Shown here piece by piece: positions 15,547 to 25,042 of a stretch of DNA of 54,558 nucleotides. The stretch is from contig CAZUYA010000005.1 of NCBI GenBank assembly GCA_964624685.1, forward strand, positions 1 to 54,558, given 5' to 3'. This DNA comes from an uncultured Ruminococcus sp. GTDB taxonomy: Bacteria > Bacillota > Clostridia > Oscillospirales > CAG-272. Position numbers and translations under genes: made by a program. The stretch's first letter is position 1. Each line of letters begins with the position of its first letter. The notes under the pieces were generated by a model. The model did no database searches. It saw only the letters and a program-made list of their open reading frames with translations, and was not told the origin of the DNA.

Positions 15547-17325
15547 ATGCAAACACAAAAAAACAATCGTTCAAACGGTTTGATCCGGCGTTTTTTGCCG
15601 TACTATCGAAAGTATCGCGGGGTACTGATCTTTGATCTGTTTTGTGCCGCGCTGACGACTGTATGTGAATTGGTTTTGCCGATGATTGTCCGAAGAATCA
15701 CCGGTGCCGCCTCCTCCGAAGGATTGCAAGATTTGACGTGGCGGTTGATTTTGGTCAGTGGCGGGGTTTATATTTTATTGCGGATTGTCGATACCGCCGC
15801 CAACTATTACATGACTTCGATCGGTCATATTATGGGAACAAAGATCGAGACCGATATGCGGCACGATCTGTTTGAGCATTTGCAAAAGCTGTCTTTTTCA
15901 TATTATGACAACACAAAAGTCGGTACGTTGATGTCTCGCATGACAAACGATTTATTCGATGTGACCGAATTTGCGCATCATTGTCCGGAAGAATTTTTGA
16001 TTGCCGGTATCAAGATTATCGGCGCATTTATTCTGCTTTGTACCATCAACATTCCGCTGACGCTGATCATTTTTTCCGTAATTCCCGTGATTCTCGTTGC
16101 GTCTGTTATTTTTCGCCGAAAAATGCGGGATAATTTTCGAGCCTCCCGCCAACAGATCGGTGAATTGAATGCTCGTATCGAGGATAGTCTCCTCGGTATT
16201 CGTGTTACAAAATCCTTTGCACGGGAGGATGTGGAGCAAGACAAATTTTCCAAAGGAAACCGCGAGTATCTTGATATTAAATCGGCACGGTATCGCATTA
16301 TGGGTGCTTTTCAATCCTCCACGCGCTTGTTTGACGGCATTATGTATATTGTGGTCGTTATCGTCGGCGCAATTTTCATGCTGGGGATTGACGGACTGCC
16401 GACCATCACACCTGCCGATTATGTGGCATATTTGATGTTTGTTTCCACATTGTTGACATCGATCCGACGCATCGTTGAATTTTCCGAGCAGTTTCAACAG
16501 GGGATTTCCGGGATCGAACGGTTTACGGAAATCATGGATACGGAACCGGAATTGACCGATGCTCCCGATGCCGAAGACTTGAAAAATGTTTGTGGAAAAG
16601 TGGAGTTTTGTGATGTTTCGTTCCGTTACGAGACCGAAACCAAAAATGTTTTAACGCATTTGAATCTGACTGTTCGTCCGGGAGAAAGTATTGCATTGGT
16701 CGGACCGTCCGGCGGCGGAAAATCCACACTTTGTTCTTTGATTCCGCGGTTTTATGAAGTCACGTCCGGAAAGATTCAAATTGACGGTCATGATATTCGC
16801 CATGTGACGTTGCATTCTTTGCGCAGTTGCATCGGTGTGGTGGCGCAGGATGTTTATCTTTTTTCCGGCAGTATTAAGGAAAATATCGCTTACGGAAAAA
16901 GTAATGCAACCGACGAAGAAATTGAAACCGCCGCAAAGCTGGCAGGGGCGCATGAATTCATTTGTGCACTTCCGAATGGTTATGAGACGGATGTCGGAGA
17001 ACGCGGTGTGAAACTCTCCGGCGGACAAAAGCAACGGATCTCCATTGCGCGGCTGTTCTTAAAAGATCCCCCCATTCTGATTTTGGACGAAGCGACCAGT
17101 GCTTTGGATAATGAAAGCGAGCGTTTGGTGCAACATTCGTTGGAAACGTTGGCAAAAGGACGGACAACATTTACCATTGCACATCGGTTGACGACCGTGC
17201 GTAATGCCGATCGCATTTTGGTATTGACCGAAAACGGCATCGAAGAAACGGGAACCCACGACGAATTGATGGTACGAGGCGGGATCTATGCCGATCTGTA
17301 TCATCTGTATTCCAATATTGGATAA
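15547..17325 (+). CDS. ABC exporter, fused permease/ATPase (MsbA-like)
   Basis: Six-TM N-terminal half, Walker A GPSGGGKST, signature LSGGQKQRI. It starts 5 nt after the ABC-F stop. Confidence 0.85.
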   Translation: MQTQKNNRSNGLIRRFLPYYRKYRGVLIFDLFCAALTTVCELVLPMIVRRITGAASSEGLQDLTWRLILVSGGVYILLRIVDTAANYYMTSIGHIMGTKIETDMRHDLFEHLQKLSFSYYDNTKVGTLMSRMTNDLFDVTEFAHHCPEEFLIAGIKIIGAFILLCTINIPLTLIIFSVIPVILVASVIFRRKMRDNFRASRQQIGELNARIEDSLLGIRVTKSFAREDVEQDKFSKGNREYLDIKSARYRIMGAFQSSTRLFDGIMYIVVVIVGAIFMLGIDGLPTITPADYVAYLMFVSTLLTSIRRIVEFSEQFQQGISGIERFTEIMDTEPELTDAPDAEDLKNVCGKVEFCDVSFRYETETKNVLTHLNLTVRPGESIALVGPSGGGKSTLCSLIPRFYEVTSGKIQIDGHDIRHVTLHSLRSCIGVVAQDVYLFSGSIKENIAYGKSNATDEEIETAAKLAGAHEFICALPNGYETDVGERGVKLSGGQKQRISIARLFLKDPPILILDEATSALDNESERLVQHSLETLAKGRTTFTIAHRLTTVRNADRILVLTENGIEETGTHDELMVRGGIYADLYHLYSNIG

Positions 17326-17340
17326 TTTCTCAAGATTCAA

Positions 17341-17379
17341 GCAGGACTTCGGTGCATCCGATGTCCTGCCGTTTTGTTT
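17341..17379 (+). terminator. Rho-independent terminator
   Basis: GCAGGAC, 15-nt loop, GTCCTGC, then CGTTTTGTTT. Confidence 0.6.
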
Positions 17380-17504
17380 ATCGCCGGCGAAATCGTCTCG
17401 TTTCCTTTGTGCTGACGGAGTGTTTTGGAGGATATTTGCTATGGTAATCAGAGGAATCGCATTAACCTTCGACGTGCCGACCTTGGAAAAATCCAAGCGA
17501 ACGG

Positions 17505-17533
17505 TTGACAAATTCATTTGTATATGATATAAT
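17505..17533 (+). promoter_or_regulatory. Perfect-consensus sigma-A promoter for the glycosyltransferase gene
   Basis: TTGACA (17505-17510), 17 nt, TATAAT (17528-17533). Confidence 0.75.
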
Positions 17534-17641
17534 ATCGCTGTACGAATGCGCCGAACCTCAAGATCGCTTACCGGGAGATGACGAGGACAGGCGAACGCTT
17601 TTTACTTTGCAAATTTGCAAGGAAGGAGAGATCCGATAGCG

Positions 17642-18796
17642 ATGAAGGTTTTAATTTTATCTTTTAAGGCGGGCGAGGGACACAATTCTGCTGCAAAAGC
17701 GATTCTTGAGCGTGTGGAACAGGAAGGACACCAAGGCGAAATTGTCGATTTTTTAGGCTTATTCAGCGATAAGATCAGCAACGCGGTCAATACGACTTAT
17801 GTGGGAATCGTGAAGCATGTTCCGGCTTTGTTCGGTTCTTTTTACAAGTTATCTTTGGGATTTAGCCATTGTTTTCCGCATTGGCTCAAATCGCCGTTGT
17901 ATTTGGATAGTGCGATCGTTTCCAAACGATTATATGCGTATATGCAAGAACACGGTCCTTATGACGGTATCGTGGCAACGCACTTGATGCCGGCTCAGGC
18001 ATTGGCGTATATGAAAAAACACGGTTGTCAGTTGCCTGTGACGATCGCGGTTGCAACCGATTATACCTATTACCCGTTTTGGCAAGAGGTTGCCGGTTGC
18101 GATTATTATGTGATCCCGAACGAAGATTTGATACCGACTTATGTCAAGCGCGGTATGCCGCGTGAGAAATTGTGTCCTTACGGAATTCCCATTCGGATGT
18201 CCTTTGTTGATCTTCCCACCAGGGAAGAAGCACGTCTTGCATTGGGATTTGATGCCGATACGATGCTCTATTTGGTTATGGGAGGCAGTATGGGTGCCGG
18301 GAGTATGCAAAAATTCGCAAAAAGATTTCATGAGAATCTTCCGGAAAATGCGCACATGGTGATTGTTTGCGGTCGAAACGAGACGTTGCTTGCTTCCTTG
18401 GAAAAGCGATTTTCCGGTGTTCCGAATGTGCACTTGATCGGCTATACGAACGACATTCCGAACTATATGATGGCATGTGATGTGCTTTATACCAAACCGG
18501 GCGGATTGTCTTCCAGTGAGGCATTGGCTTGTCAGATTCCAATGGTTCATACTGCACCGATTCCGGGGTGTGAGAGCGATAACTTCCGCTTTTTTACGCA
18601 ACATGGTTGCTCACTCGGTGCCAAGCGGATCGGGAAGCAGATTCAATGCGGATTGGAACTGATGAAATCTCCCGAATTACGGACGCAAATGCGGGCGGCG
18701 CAGTCCCGGTGTGCCAAAGCCGACGCTTCCCTGAATATTTTTCGTCTGATCGAACAATCTCGAACCGAAGATTGTGAGCATGAAAATGCAGAATGA
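17642..18796 (+). CDS. GT28/MGDG-synthase-family glycosyltransferase (UgtP-like diacylglycerol glycosyltransferase)
   Basis: MKVLILSFKAGEGHNSAAKAI... is a typical MGDG_synth N-terminus with a GT-B C-terminal half. The start is re-called to ATG 17642. Confidence 0.7.
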   Translation: MKVLILSFKAGEGHNSAAKAILERVEQEGHQGEIVDFLGLFSDKISNAVNTTYVGIVKHVPALFGSFYKLSLGFSHCFPHWLKSPLYLDSAIVSKRLYAYMQEHGPYDGIVATHLMPAQALAYMKKHGCQLPVTIAVATDYTYYPFWQEVAGCDYYVIPNEDLIPTYVKRGMPREKLCPYGIPIRMSFVDLPTREEARLALGFDADTMLYLVMGGSMGAGSMQKFAKRFHENLPENAHMVIVCGRNETLLASLEKRFSGVPNVHLIGYTNDIPNYMMACDVLYTKPGGLSSSEALACQIPMVHTAPIPGCESDNFRFFTQHGCSLGAKRIGKQIQCGLELMKSPELRTQMRAAQSRCAKADASLNIFRLIEQSRTEDCEHENAE

Positions 18797-18809
18797 TAAA
18801 CTCTACCGA

Positions 18810-18846
18810 AAGCCTCCGCAAACGGATCATCCGTTTGCGGAGGCTT
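18810..18846 (+). terminator. Long near-perfect hairpin (terminator-like)
   Basis: AAGCCTCCGCAAACGGAT pairs with ATCCGTTTGCGGAGGCTT (18-nt arms). The U-tail is weak (CTTCTATT). Confidence 0.6.
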
Positions 18847-18985
18847 CTTCTATTCCATTCCCCGTTGGATTCCGGTTGATTGTCTTTTACTTTGACATTT
18901 GAAAAAACAATTTGAATTTTTTGTTCCGTTCATAAAAAGATGGGGACGGACGTATAGTGAAGTAAAAAGGAAGACGGAGGGAACC

Positions 18986-21664
18986 ATGTTAAGGACGCAG
19001 GAACGCGGAACTGCAGCCGGCGGATTGAGTGAGACGGAAGCTGAGCTTTCCAGACGGAAATACGGCGCAAACATTTTGACGAAAAAAAAGAGCAAAAGTT
19101 TTATGCGGAGATTCGTATCGAATCTGAACGATCCGGTCATTCGGATTTTGCTCGGGGCATTGGCATTGAATCTGCTGTTGGTCTTTCGGAATGCCGATTG
19201 GTTGGAGACGGTTGGAATTGCCGTAGCGGTTTTTCTTGCCACTTTGATCTCGACGTTATCGGAACACGGATCAGCCAAAGCTTTTTCAAGACTTTCCGAA
19301 CAAAATGAGAACGGGACATGCCGCGTGCGTCGGAACGGGACAGTGCGGGTAATCCCGTTTTCGGAGGTTGTTGTCGGAGATGTTTTGCTGTTGTCGGCGG
19401 GGGAACAGATTCCTGCCGACGGACGGTTGCTTGCGGGAGAGATCCGCACGGATCAATCGGCGATGACGGGAGAGAGCAAAGAAATTCGCAAATATCCGTC
19501 CTCCGACAGCTGTATGGATCCGACTTCTCCGTCGTCGTTGTTTCGCGGATGTAACATCACGGCTGGCAATTGCGAAATGGAAGTGACGGCGGTTGGTGAC
19601 CAAACTTTTTTGGGCGAAATTTCCAAGGAGATTCAATTGGAACAAAGAGACAGTCCTTTGAAACGTCGCTTGGCAAAGCTTGCCAAGCAGATCAGTGTTT
19701 TGGGGTATATCGCAGCCGTTTTGGTGGCTCTGGCATATTTGTTTCACACCATTGTCCTGGACAGTGGGATGCAGCGGGAATTGATTCTGTTAAAGCTGAC
19801 CAATATCGGGTATCTGTGTGATCGGTTATTGCATGCGTTTACATTGGGGTTAACGGTCATCGTCGTAGCTGTTCCGGAAGGCTTACCGATGATGATCGCC
19901 GTGGTTCTATCGGCAAATATCCGGCGAATGGTCAAAGATCAGGTTTTGGTTCGCAAGCCGGTCGGCGTGGAAGCTGCCGGAAGTATGGATCTGCTGTTTA
20001 CCGACAAAACGGGAACTCTGACGGAAGGAAAAATGCGTGTGGACAAAATCCTGCTGTCGGATCGTCGGCAAGTGACAATGAAGACATTGAATCGAGAAGG
20101 CGGTGCCGTGACGGAGTTGATCCGCCTTTGCTTTCGATATTGCAGTGAAGCGACGGTCGGAACGGATGCGTCCGGAAAGGCGATCGCCATCGGAGGAAAT
20201 GCAACGGCACGAGCGTTGTTGGAAAGTGTGATGCAGGATCCGCTACCGTTGCAATATCGTGTGACATCTCGGCTACCGTTTGACAGTGCGCGTAAATATT
20301 CGGCGGTGAGTTTACATGGGAAACGGAATTTGACGTTTGTGATGGGAGCACCGGAAGTCTTGTTGCCACACGTCCATCAAGCGTTCGGACAGTCCGGTGA
20401 AATTGGCGGATTTTCCAAGGCAGAAACGGAAAAGCAAATTTCGGAACAGACGGCGCATGGTGGCAGAGTGTTGGCGATTGCCGTTTCCGGAGAACAGATC
20501 CCCGCTACACGATATGCAAACGGGATTTACGGAACGTTGATCTATATCGGTGCTGTTTGTCTGTCCGATCCGTTGCGAGCGGAGGCATGTGATTCTGTTG
20601 CAAAACTTTTAGATGCCGGTATTCAAGTGGTTATGATGACGGGAGACAGCCCGCAAACTGCCGATTTCATTGCACGTCGTTGCGGATTGTTTCATGAATC
20701 GACAAATCTGATTTTGACGGGGCAAGAGCTGTCAAAACTATCCGATGCCCGTCTGCGGGAGTTGCTTCCGCGCCTTTCGGTCGTCGCCCGCGCGCTGCCG
20801 ACCGATAAGAGTCGCTTGGTGCGGATTGCACAGGAAGCGGGGCGAGTTGTCGGAATGACGGGCGACGGGATCAACGATGCCCCGGCGTTACGTCGAGCCG
20901 ATGTCGGTTTTGCGATGGGTGGGGGAACCCAGGTTGCAAAGGATGCCGGTGATATTATTATATTGGATAATCATTTGGCATCGATCGTTCGTGCGGTTCT
21001 GTACGGACGCGGAATTTTCAAAAGCATTCGTAAATTTATTACATTGCAATTGACTATGAATTTTTGTGCGGTTGGGGTGACCATGATCTGTCCTTTTTTA
21101 GGGGTGGACTCTCCGGTGACCGTAGTACAGATGTTGTGGATCAATATGATCATGGATACGTTGGGCGGTTTGGCATTTGCGGGCGAACCGGCACTGCCGG
21201 ATTATATGAAGGAACCACCCAAACGACGGGATGAACCGATTTTGAATCGTTACATGGTGAATCAAATCGCATTGCTCGGTTCGTTTACGGTCTTTCTCTG
21301 CTTGTTTTTCCTCAAGTCGCCGACCGTGACGGCAGTCTATCGAAATGCGCCCGATCAAATTTATTTGCTGACCGCATTTTTTGCCTTGTTCATCTTTTCA
21401 TCGGTTTTCAATTGCTTTAATGCAAGAACGGATCGACTGAATTTGGTTGCCGGATTGCGCAAAAATCCTATATTTCTGATGATTATGGCGGCGATTCTGG
21501 TGATTCAACTCGTCTTTGTATATGTCGGCGGTAGTGTCTTGCGCACGGCACCTCTGACTTTTCGGGAACTGCTTGTGACGATGGCACTTTCATTATCCGT
21601 CTTTCCTGCCGAGCTGTTGCGGAAAGCCTTGTGGCGATTGCGCGGACGAAAAAACGGGTTTTAG
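18986..21664 (+). CDS. Cation-transporting P-type ATPase (Ca2+-type, IIA-like)
   Basis: Motifs DKTGTLT, VPEGLPMM, MTGDGINDAPAL. The start is re-called to MLRTQERG (ATG 18986) with GGAGG 5 nt upstream. Confidence 0.85.
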   Translation: MLRTQERGTAAGGLSETEAELSRRKYGANILTKKKSKSFMRRFVSNLNDPVIRILLGALALNLLLVFRNADWLETVGIAVAVFLATLISTLSEHGSAKAFSRLSEQNENGTCRVRRNGTVRVIPFSEVVVGDVLLLSAGEQIPADGRLLAGEIRTDQSAMTGESKEIRKYPSSDSCMDPTSPSSLFRGCNITAGNCEMEVTAVGDQTFLGEISKEIQLEQRDSPLKRRLAKLAKQISVLGYIAAVLVALAYLFHTIVLDSGMQRELILLKLTNIGYLCDRLLHAFTLGLTVIVVAVPEGLPMMIAVVLSANIRRMVKDQVLVRKPVGVEAAGSMDLLFTDKTGTLTEGKMRVDKILLSDRRQVTMKTLNREGGAVTELIRLCFRYCSEATVGTDASGKAIAIGGNATARALLESVMQDPLPLQYRVTSRLPFDSARKYSAVSLHGKRNLTFVMGAPEVLLPHVHQAFGQSGEIGGFSKAETEKQISEQTAHGGRVLAIAVSGEQIPATRYANGIYGTLIYIGAVCLSDPLRAEACDSVAKLLDAGIQVVMMTGDSPQTADFIARRCGLFHESTNLILTGQELSKLSDARLRELLPRLSVVARALPTDKSRLVRIAQEAGRVVGMTGDGINDAPALRRADVGFAMGGGTQVAKDAGDIIILDNHLASIVRAVLYGRGIFKSIRKFITLQLTMNFCAVGVTMICPFLGVDSPVTVVQMLWINMIMDTLGGLAFAGEPALPDYMKEPPKRRDEPILNRYMVNQIALLGSFTVFLCLFFLKSPTVTAVYRNAPDQIYLLTAFFALFIFSSVFNCFNARTDRLNLVAGLRKNPIFLMIMAAILVIQLVFVYVGGSVLRTAPLTFRELLVTMALSLSVFPAELLRKALWRLRGRKNGF

Positions 21665-21682
21665 ATCAATTGCAGTTGGGAT

Positions 21683-21733
21683 AACGGGCATGTGTGAATC
21701 GTTCGGCTGATGCTGAATGTGCACATGCCCGTT
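21683..21733. terminator. Possible hairpin terminator between convergent genes
   Basis: AACGGGCATGTG, 27-nt loop, CACATGCCCGTT, then TGTTGTG. The loop is long and the tail is weak. Confidence 0.35.
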
Positions 21734-21751
21734 TGTTGTGACGGGTATGCT

Positions 21752-23233
21752 TCATAGGGGATTTTGGATACACTGTGCCGTTTGCCTGTATTCTTTTGCG
21801 CGGCGCAGTTCGGCTGTCGCATATTCGGCGGCACGCTTTCCGGCAAGAGCGGCATTCGGAAGACCGCCTGGCGAGGAGAGCCATTGTGTTGCCAGAGAGA
21901 ATCGTTTCAAACCGGGGATGCGGGAGGGAAGTTGTCGCAACGGGGTTTGCGGTGTAAAAGCATAGGAAAGAAATGCACCGGAGCGTGCGCCGAAATATCG
22001 GTGATAGGTCGCCGGTGTCCATACGTCCAGACAGTGTAAACTGTCCTTCAACTCCGGCATTGCTTTGGCAATTGCTTCTTGTGTTTGTGCGGCAACGATT
22101 CCTTTTTGCTTGCGATATTCTTGGGGGCGTTTTGCCAAAGAGATCCACGCGTCGGCTTCTTCTTTTGTCAAAAAGACAAGTGTTTGAAGAACGGTTTTTC
22201 CGTTCGGTGCAAATTGCGGTTCATGAGAAAATTCTCGAATCGGAAGTCGTCCGTTGCTTCTGGATGAAAAGGACGGTGCGTCGATGATGCGCGTGCCAAA
22301 GGGGCGGAATGCTTGCAAATCGCAAAGGAATGCGGTATGCAATGCCGAAAATATAGGCGTTTTCGGATCTTTCAACCGCTGTTCCATCTGTTTTGGCATT
22401 CGATCGGCGGGTAACAGTTGACCGAATGTGACGGCAGGATCGCATGCCGCAATGACGTAATCTGCCGGATGATGAGTGCCGTCGGCGAGGAGAATTCCGG
22501 TTGCCCGTCCGCACTCTTGCGTAATTTCGGAAACGAATGCACCGGTGTGGACGGAACAGCCGGTTTGCTCGCATACGGCGCGAATTCGTTTGGCGGCGGC
22601 AAGCGAACCGCCGCGCGGAAGGGACGCGTTGCCTCCGATAAAAGCCGCATAGACCGACAGAAGTGCCAGTGAACAAAATTCACCGCCGATATAGTCGGTC
22701 ATCAGCAGACGTAAAAGGGGATGGCGGAATCGTTTTGCCAGTGCGTACAGATTCAAATGACGATAAAGCAAAAGGTCGGGAAGATGTGGAAGCATACCGA
22801 TTCGAGGCAAGAATTTTTTCTCTCCCGCGGCGATGGGGGACAAGGTGAGAACGGTGTTGATCAAACGGTTGATCTCTTGTTTGTCTTTCGGTGATACATT
22901 GATCAGTATTCGACGTGTTTCTTCCGGATCTGCAAACAGACCGACGCGTTCCCCGTTCCGTTCACTTTCATAAAGTGCGTTATGTCGGAGGGGGATTTGA
23001 TCGTCCAGCAAGCCGATCTCGTGCCACATCCGGTTCCATTCATTGCCGGGGGCTGTTCCGTTCAGCCAGTGCATGCAGTTATCAATGGTGCAACCGTTTC
23101 GTTGCCACGCGGTCAAATTTCCGCCAACCTCACTGTTTCTTTCAAAAATTTCACAATCCAGACCGTTTTTTCTTGCATAAATTCCGGCGGTCATTCCGGC
23201 AACGCCACCGCCGACAATGATGACTTTTGACAT
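21752..23233 (-). CDS. FAD/NAD(P)-dependent oxidoreductase, phytoene-desaturase (CrtI)-like family
   Basis: KVIIVGGGVAGMTAGIYARKNGLDCEIFERNSEVGGN dinucleotide fold. The start is re-called to MSKVII (ATG 23233) with AAGGAGAG 6 nt upstream. Confidence 0.75.
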   Translation of the reverse strand: MSKVIIVGGGVAGMTAGIYARKNGLDCEIFERNSEVGGNLTAWQRNGCTIDNCMHWLNGTAPGNEWNRMWHEIGLLDDQIPLRHNALYESERNGERVGLFADPEETRRILINVSPKDKQEINRLINTVLTLSPIAAGEKKFLPRIGMLPHLPDLLLYRHLNLYALAKRFRHPLLRLLMTDYIGGEFCSLALLSVYAAFIGGNASLPRGGSLAAAKRIRAVCEQTGCSVHTGAFVSEITQECGRATGILLADGTHHPADYVIAACDPAVTFGQLLPADRMPKQMEQRLKDPKTPIFSALHTAFLCDLQAFRPFGTRIIDAPSFSSRSNGRLPIREFSHEPQFAPNGKTVLQTLVFLTKEEADAWISLAKRPQEYRKQKGIVAAQTQEAIAKAMPELKDSLHCLDVWTPATYHRYFGARSGAFLSYAFTPQTPLRQLPSRIPGLKRFSLATQWLSSPGGLPNAALAGKRAAEYATAELRRAKEYRQTAQCIQNPL

Positions 23234-23333
23234 GTGATTCTCTCCTTTTCGGTTGTTCTTTATCGGAGGATTGACACTTTTACATGCCATGATTCGGGGG
23301 GAGCGATCAAACGGCATATTTTTTTCATTTCTC

Positions 23334-23362
23334 TTGAAAACTTCGGTCGATTATGATATAAT
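23334..23362 (+). promoter_or_regulatory. Sigma-A type promoter
   Basis: TTGAAA (23334-23339), 17 nt, TATAAT (23357-23362). Confidence 0.65.
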
Positions 23363-23406
23363 TATAATCGTGATAATTTGAATCCTTAGTGTGGAGGGAA
23401 ATGAAT

Positions 23407-25026
23407 ATGAAAATCAGAATCATACAACCGTCTTATACGACCGTGGCAGACGACCTGCAAAAAAATTATGAAGCGATGATCGCATTGATGGAATCGTGCG
23501 ACGAGCCGTTGGACATCATTGTGATGCCGGAATATTGCGATATTCCGGCGGCACAAAAGGGAAAAGCGGCATATTGTGCGGCGATTGCCAAATACAATGC
23601 ACCGTTTTTGCAAAAGGCAAAAGAAATGGCAATCCGGTGTCACGCCATAACATTTGTCAATTGCGCCCATCTGACGGAAGACGGCAAATTCCGCAATACG
23701 ACACATGCGATTGACCGCAACGGCACGGTGGTCGGCAGATACTACAAGAGCCATCCGGCACCTTCCGAGGATCGACCGGAGGCAGTCGGCGGATTGGAAA
23801 TGGACAGCTCGTACACCATGAACGGAAAAAATCCTTACATTTTGGAGATGGAAGGACTTCGGTTCGGATTTTTGACCTGTTACGATTTCTATATGTATGA
23901 GGCATTCCCGCAGATCGCACGTCAAAATGTGGATATCATCATCGGCTGTTCCCATCAACGGACGGATACGCATCGTGCTTTGTCCATCATCAATCAATTT
24001 GCGGCATACCATACCAACGCGTACCTTGTTCGTGCGTCGGTCTCCATGGGGGAAGCGTCGGTGGTGGGCGGATGCTCTTGCGTGATCGCGCCGGACGGCG
24101 AGGTGTTGGCGGATATGAAGAGTCGCGTCGGATACGAGACGGTGGAGATCGATCCAAAGGCAAAATATTTTAAGGCGGCAGGGTTTGGCGGCGCGCCGAA
24201 AGCGCACTATGAATATATCGAGGACGGCAGAAGACCGTGGCTGTATCGGAACGGCGGAGCCGGTATCGTTCCGTTTGATCGAACCATGCCGTATCCGCGT
24301 TTGTGTGCGCACAGAGGATTCAATACCGTTGCACCGGAAAATTCCTTGCCCGCATACGGCGCGGCGGTTGCACTCGGTGCACAGGAGATCGAATTTGATG
24401 TATGGGCAACCAAAGACGGCGTATTGGTCTCTTCCCATGACGATTCGTTGGAACGAGTCTCGACCGGGGTGGGCAAGATTCCCGATTTGACCTATGAAGA
24501 GCTTTTGCAATTTGATTTCGGCGTGAAATACAACGAGAAGTTCAAGGGGTTAAAAATTCCAACTTTTGAAGAAATCTTAAAACAGTTTGCCGGACGTGCC
24601 ATTATGAATATCCATGTCAAAATTTGGGACAGCCGTCCTGCCAAAGACTACTTGGAGGACATTGTTGCACTGATCCGAAAATACGATTGCGAGCGGCACT
24701 GTTATTTTATGTCAAACCATGATGCGATGCTGAAAAGAGTCAAGGAACAGTACCCTTTGATCGGAACTTGTGTCGGTGCCGGAAAAACGCCGTGGGAAAT
24801 TGTGGATCGTGCGATTGCAGTCGGTGCCGATAAAGTACAGCTTTACAAACCGTATTTTAACCAGGAGATGATCGACAAAGCACATGCACACGGGATTCTT
24901 TGCAATGTGTTCTGGTCGGACGAGCCGGAGGAAGCGCGTCGGTTTTTGGATATGGGCGTAGACTGTATTTTGACGAACGATTTTATGAATTTGCACACGG
25001 CACTGAAGGACAAGATCTGCCGTTGA
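23407..25026 (+). CDS. Fusion protein: carbon-nitrogen hydrolase (nitrilase superfamily) plus glycerophosphodiester phosphodiesterase (GDPD)
   Basis: N-terminal half has E in IVMPEY, K in YYKSHP and C in FLTCYDF. C-terminal half has CAHRGFNTVAPENSLPAY, EIEFDVW and SSHDDSL. GGAGGG lies 8 nt before ATG 23407. Confidence 0.75.
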   Translation: MKIRIIQPSYTTVADDLQKNYEAMIALMESCDEPLDIIVMPEYCDIPAAQKGKAAYCAAIAKYNAPFLQKAKEMAIRCHAITFVNCAHLTEDGKFRNTTHAIDRNGTVVGRYYKSHPAPSEDRPEAVGGLEMDSSYTMNGKNPYILEMEGLRFGFLTCYDFYMYEAFPQIARQNVDIIIGCSHQRTDTHRALSIINQFAAYHTNAYLVRASVSMGEASVVGGCSCVIAPDGEVLADMKSRVGYETVEIDPKAKYFKAAGFGGAPKAHYEYIEDGRRPWLYRNGGAGIVPFDRTMPYPRLCAHRGFNTVAPENSLPAYGAAVALGAQEIEFDVWATKDGVLVSSHDDSLERVSTGVGKIPDLTYEELLQFDFGVKYNEKFKGLKIPTFEEILKQFAGRAIMNIHVKIWDSRPAKDYLEDIVALIRKYDCERHCYFMSNHDAMLKRVKEQYPLIGTCVGAGKTPWEIVDRAIAVGADKVQLYKPYFNQEMIDKAHAHGILCNVFWSDEPEEARRFLDMGVDCILTNDFMNLHTALKDKICR

Positions 25027-25042
25027 AGGACGGAGAAATTGC

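Noticed and set aside
17534-17641. A known riboswitch class in the ~100-nt leader of the glycosyltransferase gene
   Set aside because: I could not match any conserved riboswitch core (TPP, SAM, c-di-GMP, preQ1, glycine and others) by eye. This needs a covariance-model scan.
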